From Antedon mediterranea (lineage: Eukaryota > Animalia > Echinodermata): a DNA stretch of 64,000 bases. Where the stretch lies: assembly GCF_964355755.1 (NCBI RefSeq), contig NC_092670.1, positions 14,680,795-14,744,794 of the forward strand. The letters are read 5' to 3'. Of the stretch, positions 24,289 through 37,400 are shown one piece after another (the stretch's first letter is position 1; each line of letters begins with the position of its first letter). Below the pieces are notes generated by a model. That model did no database searches and was not told the origin of the DNA. It saw only the letters and a program-made list of their open reading frames with translations. A program made the translations under genes and the position numbers.

Positions 24289-27106
24289 TTTAGTTGATGT
24301 ACACAGCACATACATAACATGTATGTGCTATGTATAATACGCTGGTGGCAATGATTGACTTCACAAACAAGTATCATAGTTGAAACATACTGTAAGCAAA
24401 ACAAGTTAAATATTAATGCCACGTGATGTTCAATCTTATCAATAAATAGTAAATTGTTTAGGCTATTATTGATGGTTAATATTGAATAAACTCTGCTATT
24501 GAAACTGCGATCAATTTCATATCAAAAATTAATGTATGATTACCTAGTTTGATTTACCATTATGTAATTGTAACCATGGAGCTATAAATTAGAATAATGT
24601 ATAGCTCTATGCTTCAACCTTTCACCAACAAACAAGATATATTTATCTTATCTATAATTAAGAAACTGGCTTTAAAATCGAATAACATTAATGGACGAAC
24701 ATACAAGCAGAACCCCTATTCTGAGAACACTGATATTAAAAACAATAAACTCTGATAACACTAATAATAACACTCATTTAAAAAAAAACTATTTTAATCT
24801 CTGAGTATAGTAACAAACATAAACAGTTTATTAATAGGGGTTTTCTCGAGAAACAAGAAACCCATGCCATCCAACATGCAACTTATATTGTAACGTTTTC
24901 AATGCATTGTAAGAGTAAGTTAAAACCATTTACTGTCAAGCAATGTTTCTACAGAGTAAGGTTATGATTTAGATATAAATATAAAATTAGATATGGAAAT
25001 AAAACTACATTATTTTCAATAAAAGCCTTTCATAGAAAATTTCAGTTGCGTACCTTTATTGAACGTCATATCCGAACGGTATAGAACTCATTAAATAATT
25101 ATAATTTCTGGGTTTTTTTTTAAACTGGAGGTACAATTTATTCACGATATCTAGTAGTATGTACTCCGTCTCCGCTGTCAGACATGCCTACGGGGTGATC
25201 CTGGGATGGGCTGTCCTATGCTAAATACATCGTCTCCGTCACGCTCATATCCGTCACATTTCCCAATGTTTCGTTGTGACGGAGATGACGGCCTTTTGTT
25301 GTTACCAGGGCCTTTTTCTGTTGTACATTTTGTATATCCATGGAGAATTCTCCATGATATATCTTTATTATGTTATTACATTGTATATATATATGTGACT
25401 CTGGCCAATAAACATATTCAAATCAAATTTTAAAGTCATTTCCGTCGCATCATTTTGAGGTTCGTACATATCCGTCACGGTTTAATCTCCGTCACATGGA
25501 CATTTTATCCTTTTAAATAAATCCTAAAATATTTCAGTAATGAACGCAACTATGTTGTATAAATGAAATATAAACAATATTCTTCTACTATGTCAATGGT
25601 TAGTAATATTAGTTGTAAATTTTGTAAAACATCAGTCATAGGCCTACTATTTTTTTAAATTAATATTTTTTGGAATTATAGTAAATGGTTTTGAACGTAT
25701 AACATCATACTAATAAATGCTAAAACAGTCATTTTTTTATTAATCGAGAAAAAAATACTGTATAGTATCAAACAATTAATAATGGAAATAGTTTTATAAT
25801 TCCTAACCCGTTATTTTTTCTATCTTTGTATATTCCATGTGACGGATATGACAGCAACATGAAACCATGTTCGAATAAATACAAATTATATAATAAAGAT
25901 TGCGCCAAACATACGCTTGCCATGTAATACATGTTCATTTATCTGAATAAACTTTAACAATTAAAAAAAAAGTTTTATTATCGATTTTTTATGAACCTGA
26001 AATTAGACACTTACTGAAGAATGACCCATTCATATTAACGGAATAATACAGGTGTTCATAAGACAAACAATATTTCTTACAAAAAACGCTGCTCGCTTAT
26101 TTATGTAACAGTTTTAAAGATATATTGTCCCTCTGAAAAATTATTTTTTATTTCAAATTTGTTTTTGAATGTGTCATTTTATTGTCACATAATAGTTATT
26201 TTACCTGAAAAAATGTAATTTAAAACAAAAAATATTAAATTGTCTGTCAGACAATCAGACAATGGTATATAATTAAACGTTTCTTTTCTCTTTTTATACG
26301 TGAATAAATATTATTTTTTTGTTACAGAAGTGAATTCTAAATAGAATAGTCAAGACCGCATCGCGTATAATTGGATCTACACAACTGCCTCTGGAGAACA
26401 TATTTTCGGATCGTCTTCTGAAAAAGGCAGTGGCTATCAAAGATGATCATTTTCATCCGGCCTCTAGTATGTTCCAGTTGATGCGCAGCGGTCGGCGATT
26501 TCGTTCTATTAAGGCCAATAAGGCACGATTTACAAATAGTTTCTTTCCAGGATCTATTAGAGCCTTAAATATGATGTAGACACTTTTTTTTTGTAATGTT
26601 TTTGTTTTTGAGTTCGTGTTGTGTCCGTTGGATATTGTGCTCCGCCAACAGAGCAAACAGAATTTCTATGTTTTTTCTAAAACAAATGATAATAAATGAT
26701 ACTTGACTTGACTTGACTTGAATAACTTTGATATGAAACACGGACTAAATTTCTGTCACTTTAGTTTATTTTATTGCTAAGGTCAAGTCTGGGGGTCACT
26801 TCATCACGCCTAGATACTTCAAGTGTGAAGTATCCTATTACAAACAAAAACTTTAATGGACTGTTTTGATAATAATTCAATGATTATCTGACAGCGAATT
26901 ACAGTATTATATATATCGGTCAAATACCAGAAATGTTTTTGGATTTGTAATTTTAGCATGACGTGTCCTAATAGACTCTCTTTTTTGGGTCCAGCAGCTG
27001 GGACCTATAAAGTATAGTCGCGTTTCCATTTTCGCAAAAACGTCAGTCTCTAGTACTATAACTGCTGCTTGCTTTCTGCTTGATAAAGGAGTCATCTCTT
27101 GTGATG
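22050..27106 (+). repeat. Segmental duplication, copy B
   Basis: Colinear with 12960-18338 apart from different LINE insertions. Confidence 0.9.
26333..26721 (+). mobile_element. 5'-truncated Rex1/Babar-type LINE
   Basis: ILNRIVKTASRIIG...DDHFHPASSMFQLMRSGRRFRSIK...RFTNSFFPGSIRALN; (ACTTG)n tail; empty site GAAGTG|ATAACT at ~17960. Confidence 0.85.
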
Positions 27107-28495
27107 TGTAGCGGGCTAGACGAGCAGCAGCAGAGCGTGAAAAATAACGTATTCAGTACTACATTGGTGGCGCGCTCTACATTGCCATAAATCATCTCGA
27201 GCGCGGTGTGAAAAACAAGGCTAGGCTAGGTTTTATTTATTTATATCCGATATTAAACAATAAAATGGTATTGACGATAATATTTAAAGGCCTATTGCTT
27301 AATACACGTATTACTGTTAGGGTAAGTATTGTAAATCTGGTTAGTGAGGTTGTTAAAATAAAAAAGAGGCTTCTCTCCACCACCTGCCACCACAACCAGC
27401 AGGCCCTTCTATTAGGGACGTTACGGATCAGGGACGTTTCGTCCCAATTTCAAGCAGTCTTGTCACACTTTTAGAAATTGACTAGGCCTATATCGGCCAG
27501 CCAATCATCAACTACTTACAAGTAAAACATTGATTTTGTGATGTGTGTTCAACAACAAATCTGATTTCTTTGTACTGTACTGTATACAATGAAACGAAAG
27601 AGGATTGACTGTCTGCAGTCAGTGAGTGTGCTGTATGTGTGTGGTGTGTCTTGCTGAAAGTTATTAAAAAACAAATGTAAATTACAACAACATCTTTGAC
27701 TTGCGCAACAGAAATGTGTGTTTCTTTAAAATAGGCCTAGTAAACATTAAAAAGTCACAATTGGCATATATTTGGTTTATCCGGTCATCTATATATAAAT
27801 TTATGGTTAATTCTGACATAGGCGAGCACAATGCAAAAACTTCTCTACAAATCTCCGCCTTGGATACCTACCTTATCTATCCGAGATGTACCGCGAAACG
27901 TAGATTTGATAACATTAGTGTGCACGCCGACGCTATTGTTCCATATTTATATCTTAGGAAGATATTATAAAGAGTTTTTTAACAACATTTATGATTTCAA
28001 CATTGGAATTTCCTCTCAATTTCAATTCTTCCCGGTCAAAGTAATTTCCGGGTTTAAGATAAGTTCACCTTAGTTTCAAATATTTTCTCTCTTTTATACA
28101 CAAGGGAGCAGTTAAAATAATAGATTTGACCCTAAAGGTGACTGGAAACAGGCACTTTCCATCAATCAATACAGTGTCCCTTTGGAAGACGAAAAAAAAA
28201 TTGGCCATTAATCATAGCCATTTCAGTTTTTTGTTTATTTTAAAACATACCACACGTGTGTGAAGGTACAGTAGTTAAATAATAGGAATTATACTGCAAA
28301 TTAATAAAGATCAAATTAAATATACGCCATAAAGAATCAGAATATATTGTGGGGAATAGTATTATAAAATTACATAGGGAGATTTGATAAGACATTTTTC
28401 GAGTGAAATCCCGATAGCTGAGTTTTATTGAGTAAGCTTGCAGGAATAACTGTAGGCTATCTTCCTGTGTCCCGTTAGGACCGAGATGTCTGCCC

Positions 28496-31400
28496 ATGTT
28501 GCAAGCCGTAATGTCTTCTTTCTTGGGCCCACTCTGTCACGGCAGTTAGTTTCAAAAGATGATTAAATTAAATAATGTATTAATAATTATTAGGATGGTA
28601 TTCATTTGAATAAACGCCTCTCCAATAAAACATCACTTTGAATAATAACCCCCCCCCCCCCCCCCACAACTCAACTATCTAATAAACGTCCATCCACATA
28701 TTTATAATAACACAATTATACTATTTGTAGTAGAATTCACCGCACTGTTATCTGCAATTTACCAAGCATTTGTTATTCTTTTTTACCACTTTTCATATCT
28801 ATGAGAGGATTTCATTTGATTATAAATGTTACCATATTATTAGAACTAACAAATTTAACATATATCCCTCGAATAAGCACCTCCCTCAAATGACCTCCGC
28901 CTCCCCAAAGGGCCTCCGCCTCCCCAAAGGGCCCTACCAAACAATAAAAACTATACTTTAAAATGTTATTAATCATCTAAAACACTGTGAAACAAAGTAG
29001 TTTAGTTTTACGAATGTCAAGCATTTTCAATAATGGTAACCGACAGAAAATGTATAAGGAGAACATTATCATTCCGAGAACCATCGTCTACACTTCCTAG
29101 AGGGGGAGCGAGCGAAGCGAGCTCACCCTCTAGTGTTTGTGATTACGTTTTCATTTCAGTCGCATATTCAAGCATGGAGGTATTCAAGGCATAGGCGTAT
29201 ACCAAATGAAGGGTTCACATTTTTTTAAGGGGATGAAAAATATTATAGATGAATGAATTATTTAATGTGTTTGTAAACTTGCAGAATTTTGGTAGCAACT
29301 ATCATTCATACAGCAATGTTTTGAGAGAAGCCCTTTGTTGTTCCAAGTGCACAAATAGAAGAATAGCAGTACTACCTATTTCAACACGTTTAGTTTCAGT
29401 TTGGCAAAATCACATAGCAAGAAATGATTTGCATACAGAGTCAGATGCAAAACAGGTAAATAGCTGATTTTGGTATTGTATGTATAATTATCGTAGGCAA
29501 ATTCTGTCTAATTAATAGCATAGTCACATGTGACACTGTGTTACATAATTTGCCTATGCCTATGATGGACAAATTATGGCATATGTGGAAATACAGTTAC
29601 AGAGTATCGAGTACACCAATAATGTACATTCAAATTTAAGTTTAAAGTTTCCTGTATTCACCAAGCATACATACCGTAAGTAAGATATTTTTATTGGTTT
29701 TGATACCATACAGAATGAAAAACACAGAAGAACGAAAAAAAAACACCATTGTTAGTGGGTAGCCCTCTCAATCCCCCAAGTGGGATATTTTATATTCTGA
29801 GGGGTTCCAGCAAACATAAAAACAATTAACATACATAACTTTAAAATAAATTCTCATTAAAAAGGACAAATTTTTAATTTAAATTGTGAGTGTTTCCCTT
29901 AGCCTAAAGTGTGATTAGTTAATAGGTTACATGCATACTCCTTAAAAAACCGTAAACACAAAAACATAATTTATTTTAAATTTTGTAAATTCACAATCTG
30001 GACTGAAAACCAGCTCCAAATTCAGTATTAACGTGAAATTTAAGGAAATGCAATTAAAATTAATATTTAAAATTTATAAAGTGGATACCACTTAACGGAA
30101 GTCCTTAAATATTTATTGTCTAAAGTGAGATATAAAATATTTAATAATAAGTGTGATAGGTGAATATGGCAACATGACATGTTGGGCAAACTCATGCGAC
30201 CTTTATTCAGAGAGTTGACTTTACTGCAATACTACTACTAGTTAAAGCCCCATTCCCTACGTTTTCACGCTGCTGCTCTAGCCCGCTACGTCCCATTAGG
30301 ACTACTCAATCAGAAGCTAAAGCAAGCAGCAGTTATAGTTCTAAGGACAGACAGTTTTGTGAAAATGGAAACTCCACTATGATTTATTGATTCCAGTAGA
30401 CCCAAAAAAAACGGCTGGGAAAGAGTCTATTAGGACATGTCATGCTAAAATTACAAATCCCTATATTCACTGTCAGTGTCAGATATTCATTGAATTATTA
30501 TCGAAACAGTCCATTAAAGTTTGTGTTTGTAATAGGATACTTCACAATTGAAATATCTAGGGTGATGAAGTGACCCCCAGATTTGACCTTAGCAATAAAA
30601 TTAACTAAAGTGACAGAAATTGAGTATTCACTTCTTTAACAAAAAAGTAATATTTATTCACATATAAAAAATGAAAAGAAACCCAAAAACCATTGTCTGA
30701 CAGACAATTTAAGTATTTGTTGCTTTAAATTACATTTTTTCAGGTAAAATAACTATTGTATCTATTATGTGACAATAAAATGACACATTCAAAAACATTT
30801 GAAATAAAAAATATTTTTCAATAAGCGAGCAGCGTTTTTTGTAAGAAATATTTCTTGTTTAGATCTAATTTAAGATCACAAACTATATTTAATGTAAAAA
30901 TAATACTATTATATGGTCCTATTGCGGTAACTTTTTTCGTCTTTAAACGGTTAAAAATGTGAAAAATAAATCGATTCTAATAATTATAGCGGCCCGCTAT
31001 AAATCCCAAAATGCATTGCGCGCGGATTGATATTTTTGTTTTTCACCTGTAATTCGCCCACTTTTCGATCGATCGTGAAGCCAAAACAAATGGAAGACTC
31101 CTAACTTTTCAGCGAAAATACCGGGTTTTCCCCAATTTGTATCAACGGAGTCTGGCAAAAATAGAAAGACAATTAATGCAGCAACTATACAACGTCAGGC
31201 TAGGTATATAGCTAGCGTACGATGTTCGTACGTTATCGATGTTTACCAGCTAGGCCTACAAAACTAAGCCTAGCTAGGCTAGGCCTAGACCGTCCACGAG
31301 AGGTCGATCGCCGCGAGCTACTTAGGTAGTGCATTGTTTCTCACTTTTTATCATAATTTACCATAAAACGTACATTTAAGACAAGGAATGACATGGTTTA

Positions 31401-34400
31401 ATGTTTTTAAAGTGATATATATGTATTATTTTCCAAAAAACGTCCAAAATTGCAGGGAAGGGGTCTTTAAATAATGACTGACGCAGTTATACCATTAGAC
31501 CTATAAATTAGGTACATGGTACATACAGTATAATAAAAAGATTCTCGCAATAAATTAATGAAATGGTATTGTATTATTGCAGAATCCATTAAAAAACAGG
31601 TAAAAAGCATAGCTGATTCTTGTTATTGTATAGTTTATCCAGTAATTCTGTATAATACAATGTATTCAGAATTTGCCTAGGATGTGGCAAATTGTTGCCA
31701 TATTAATATATTACAGAGAATCGATGGAAGCGCATGGGAATACAGTACCAAATTAGATATGATTATAAGTCACATATGTATCACATGTGATACTGTATTA
31801 CAGAATTTGCCTAGGATGTGGCAAAATGTTGCTATATTAATACATTAAAGAGAATCGATGGAAGCGCATGGGAATACAGTACCAAATTAGATATGATTAT
31901 AAGTCACATATGTATCACATGTGGTACTGTATTACAGAATTTGCCTAGGATGTGGCAAAATGTTGCCATATTAATACATTACAGAGAATCGATGGATGCG
32001 CATGGTAATACAGTACCAAATTAGATATGATTATGAAGCAATTTTGTAATCAACATAAATAAACAAAACAATTTAATATAATAAGATATAATAAGAAAAT
32101 CTCGCAAATTGAATGATTTGAAAGCATTGCATTGTTACAGTTTGTATTGACCAAGTTGAATTTCATTATACAATTTCAGTATTAAAACAAGCACGAATGT
32201 GCAATACTCGGGGTACAGCGAAAGAAGCTGTAATGACGTCATAAGACCGGATGTAACGTCACATACACATCAATAACCGCGCTACCAAATACTGCTATAC
32301 GGTACCATCTTCGAGACGTCATATGGCTGCATCCGGTATGAAATTAAAAAATCCGGCTCTATAGCTTTGAGGACATGTCCCTGTAGTATATTCATGCTAA
32401 ATCCGAGCTCAATACTACAACGAATAAGGGAGGAGTAGTACTTTATAAATCGCACTTTTTGCTCAATAGTGTCCGGATGGAAGAAGAAAAGGAAAAGATG
32501 AGAGAGTCCTAGACTCAGGTACCCCGAGTAATAAAACGAGATATACTCTATATCATTTTACGTATACAGTAATAGTATTTTTCACCATAAAGTTAAAGAA
32601 AAATAGGTTTCGCCAGGGCTCGAACCGGGACCTTCTGCGTGATAAGCAGACTTGACTACCACTACACTACGAAACCTCTTATACTAACAAGCACGAATGT
32701 GCAATACTCGGGGTACAGCGAAAGAAGCTGTAATGACGTCATAAGACCGGATGTAACGTCACATACACATCAATAACCGCGCTATCAAATACTGCTATAC
32801 GGTACCATCTTCAAGACGTCATATGGCTGCATCCGGTATGAAATTAAAAAATCCGGCTCTATAGCTTTGAGGACATGTCCCTGTAGTATATTCATGCTAA
32901 ATCCGAGCTCAATACTACAACGAATAAGGGAGGAGTAGTACTTTATAAATCGCACTTTTTGCTCAATAGTGTCCGGATGGAAGAAGAAAAGGAAAAGATG
33001 AGAAAGTCCTAGACTCAGGTACCCCGAGTAATAAAACGAGATATACTCTATATCATTTTACGTATACAGTAATAGTATATTTCACCATAAAGTTAAAGAA
33101 AAATAGGTTTCGCCAGGGCTCGAACCGGGACCTTCTGCGTGATAAGCAGACTTGACAACCACTACACTACGAAACCTCTTATACTAACAAGCACGAATGT
33201 GCAATACTCGGGGTACAGCGAAAGAAGCTGTAATGACGTCATAAGACCGGATGTAACGTCACATACACATCAATAACCGCGCTACCAAATACGGCTATAC
33301 GGTACCATCTTCGAGACGTGATATGGCTGCATCCGGTTTGAAATTAAAAAATCCAGCTCTATAGATTTGAGGACATGTCCCTGTAGTATATTCATGCTAA
33401 ATCCGAGCTCAATACTACAACGAATAAGGGAGGAGTAGTACTTTATAAATCGCACTTTTTGCTCAATAGTGTCCAGATGGAAGAAGAAGAGGAAAAGATG
33501 AGAGAGTCCTAGACTCAGGTACCCCGGGTAATAAAACGAGATATACTCTATATCATATTACGTATACAGTATATTTCACCATAAAGTTAAAGAAAAATAG
33601 GTTTCGTCAGGGCTCGAACCGGGACCTTCTGCGTGTTAAGCAGACTTGACCACCACTACACTACGAAACCTCTTACACTAAAAATGTGGGTTACACAAAG
33701 TTTTTTAATCCATTTAAATTACAAATAAATATGGTAATAAGCATAAAGCAAAATAAACGTGTGTAAAAGTGATAATTACCGATTACACAAAGTAAGTATT
33801 TAAAAAAATAATAAAAATAAGATATAGTGTGTATAATTATCATATTGCGTATACAGTACTTTTCACCATATAAAGTTTTAAAAAAAAAACCTTCGCCCGG
33901 GCTCGAACCAGGTACCTTCTGCGTGTTAAGCAAACGTGATAACCACTCGCCAAGAAGCCGCATATAACTACATAACGCTGTGGTGTGTGTCACACATTGT
34001 GGCTTCTTAATCGAAAAAATTAATTAACAAAAAAGCATGAATGTGCGATACTCGGGGTGCAGCAAATGAAGCTGTAATGACGTCATAAGACGGGATGTGA
34101 CGTCACATACACATCAATAACCTACCAAATACGGCTATATGGTACCATATTCGAGACGTCATATGGCTGCATCCGATTTGAAATTTAAAAATCTGGCTCT
34201 ATAGCTTTGAGGACATGTCCCTGTAGTATATTCATGCCAAATCCCAGCTCAATACTACAACGAATAAGGGAGGAGTAGTACTTTAAAAATCGCACTTTTT
34301 ACTCAATAGTGTCCAGATGGAGGAAGAGGAGAAAATGAGTAAGTACTAGACTCGGGTACCCCGAGTAATAATATGCATTTATGGCATTGTCCATCATTGA

Positions 34401-37400
34401 TATAGTAGTAAAATATGAGAATTGTAATGTTAATAAAGGTAAATGGTAGTTTTGTATTCATTTTAAAGGGGGGTTCCGGGTTTAAAATGAATAGTAAAAA
34501 ATGTAAAATATATTTGTTTGTCTCTTGAACGGGAAAAGTTTCAATTTATATAAGCGCCCAGTGAAGCAGAACGAAGGCTGTGAAATGAGGCCAGATTACA
34601 AGTGCAGCTACGGCAAAATCACACTGTGGTTACAGAATAGGAAATTCATGAAATGGTCAATCTTCCGACGACTCGTTATCATTAACCATATCAATTACTT
34701 TTGTAAAATTATACTTATTTGATGTAATTTTAGTCGGTCTTCCCATTTATAAAGTCAATTTTCTATGAAAATCCATCAAAACAGTGAAAAATTAGATAGG
34801 TTTGCACTTTACGTTTGCCGATTTTTGCACTGACTTAGGGAAAGCCTTAAAAATCAATGAAGCGTAACGTATACATTCCTGCTGAGCAAGGAGAGCGAGA
34901 CGACACACATGCTCTCTCTGCCCCATGCCTGGCATCGTCACGTGATAAGCAGATACAGTATACAATACCAAACTGGTCGGGTCGAGTATACCCCGTCTAT
35001 AATCACAACATGAACGATGTACAGTATTTGATTGAAGGTCAACTCGACCTACCGGAATGGTATAGATAATATAGCTCGAATGAGAGAGTTGGAATATTTG
35101 TATAAACACAAGTATTGCTAATTTTAACAAGTGTAGCATATAGTAAAAGGCCTGGTAGTATCAATTCGCATAGGGTCTACTACAACACTAGCTAGCTCAA
35201 TTTTTAACTGGGCCGGATCGGCTAGGAGGTCTACTTGCTTGAATGCAGTATCCGCTTTTTTGGAGAGTAAACTAGGCCTAGCTAGGCCTATTTTTTTATT
35301 AATTAGACGATCGGGACACCATACGTGCGGACGGCGATCGGACCTTGTTTTGCCTCAATATTTACAGCCGATTTTGTAGAACGTTTTAGAGGTTAAAGAT
35401 TGTTTAGGAGTTTGGTTGATAGGATGGGTTTGGAATCCACTGAGTTTTGTTATTTATGGGCCAATCGTGTAGTAGTAGGCTAGCTAGGCCCATGATGGCC
35501 CCAATGTTTTAACGTAGCCATCGTGGCATGGAATCCCTAGTCAGAAATGGCTCTCACCCATGAATGAAATGATTTAGGCTAGGCCTAGCCTAGTACGTGA
35601 AGCCGATTTACGATCTGTACTACTCCGTAATCTGTACTAAATTTTGTATTTCATTAATGTCAAATGAATATATGCTACACTTTAGGCCCAGCTTAGAAAA
35701 TCTACAAAAATGTATTTCACAATGATCGGGTGGTCGTCGTTTGACAGGGGAGAGTACAACGTACAAGAAGCTTGACGTCGCGATCCGAGTTTGGAATCCA
35801 CTGATGACGTGATTTTGTGAATATCTCATGAATATTAATGAGCTTCCCTAAGCTGCTGAAAAACAGACTATCCATGAATTTACCCTAAAATTTATATGAA
35901 ATTTAATTTTTTAAATTTCTCGTTATTACTTCTTCATTCTGACATGTCTATATTGTTATAATATTTTTTATTTAATAAATAAACGATATTTAAAAGCAAT
36001 TTTAAACCCAGAATCCCCCTTTAAATGTAAGGAATGAGCTGTTAGAAGCTCATTTTATTAAGTCTCTGTAAGTCAGTTCATTTCCACGCCGCCTATACCT
36101 TCCCTAATATTTTTCAACCATGTACTCATTTACAGCTGAATGAACTGGGATTTGTTCTTTAGCAGTTGAACCTGGGTCTTTTAGTAAGTATACTTTAAGT
36201 CCTGTGTCTTAACCACTCACCTACCAAAAATGAAACTCAAAATTCTCTGATGTTTACATACTGACTTAAATATGAACTTAAGTACCTATTTACATTTCTT
36301 ATAGGCTTTAGTTCGACGGACAGCAGAGTCAATCCTACACTCAGAACCAACATTTTTAATGAGATTAAAAGATCGATTTAGTTACCTCAGCCGTTTAAGA
36401 TTCAATCGCTTTGTAAGTATACAGTATTTTTTTTTCTGGTAATGAATGTCACCAAAAGAGTAGTACCAGGTTCTAGATTGCGATTTGACTTATATTGTTA
36501 AAAAGATTAATGTTTATGGCACATACGGTGTGTCATATATATACTTGAGCTGGAACTTAGTTTCAAACAAAAATATCAAAATGTGATGATCCGCTTGTGG
36601 CACTCGTAAAGGAATACTAACAACCTATAAAAAAACTAGGTACTACAGAAACAAAAGCCTGCGTTTGTTAATATACAAAATTCCTACTCTTTATCATCAT
36701 AATAAGTATTATACTGTAATTTGTATTTTTAGATATTTCTGTAATAAGTTTATTAAATTAATTTCAGAAAATGAGAGTTGCTGGTCTAAATATGTATTCA
36801 TCATGTGTAGATGGTGTAGATTTTGTTAATTTCTTTAAAGGTAAGTTAGCATCACACTTTATTTTCATTTGTTTGGTGTATAAATTCAATCAGCATAATA
36901 GCCATATTGTACAATAACATTCAATGTATAAATAGAAACATGCTGGGCATGGGAATATTATTAGTTGGTTAAAATCAGTACCGAAAAAAGTACGAACCAA
37001 CCTTATATACCATCGAGTAAAAATTCTAGAAAGAAGTAAAGCGTGATTTAACAAATTTTTCCCTTACGTAAATCTATATATGACATTATCATTACCCACC
37101 TTACAGAACACAGGACCACAAAGTATTCAGTACTCTGGTGCCAAACTTTGAAATATTTTTATTGGAATATATTATTTATTATCAATATATACAGTATTTA
37201 CCATTATCATTCAATAGAAAATACATTAAATATGATTTATACTGTAATTAAAATGTAATGTTTTAAGTTTTGCTATATTTATATATATATAATATTTTTG
37301 TTTCTTTTTGTTCACTTCTATATGTTTTGTTTAATGTCCCAAAGTACAGTATATTGCTTTTTAAGTGATGCCACCATTACTTTTGGAAATAAATGTTTCT

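Larger units (their letters stand above)
32186..33680. repeat. Tandem ~500-bp unit x3: Helentron/HINE-like element (~350 bp) + tRNA-Val-derived gene
   Basis: AACAAGCACGAATG at 32186, 32686 and 33186; subterminal inverted repeats TACTCGGGGTAC/GTACCCCGAGTA; ends ATAA; no TSD. Confidence 0.85.

Noticed and set aside
31667-33680. Regularly spaced repeats as a CRISPR array
   Set aside because: Whole units repeat with no unique spacers, no cas genes are present, and the context is eukaryotic.
34525-35829. Short ORFs in the Kolobok-like element as a transposase
   Set aside because: No DDE, THAP or other recognisable motifs; treated as non-autonomous.
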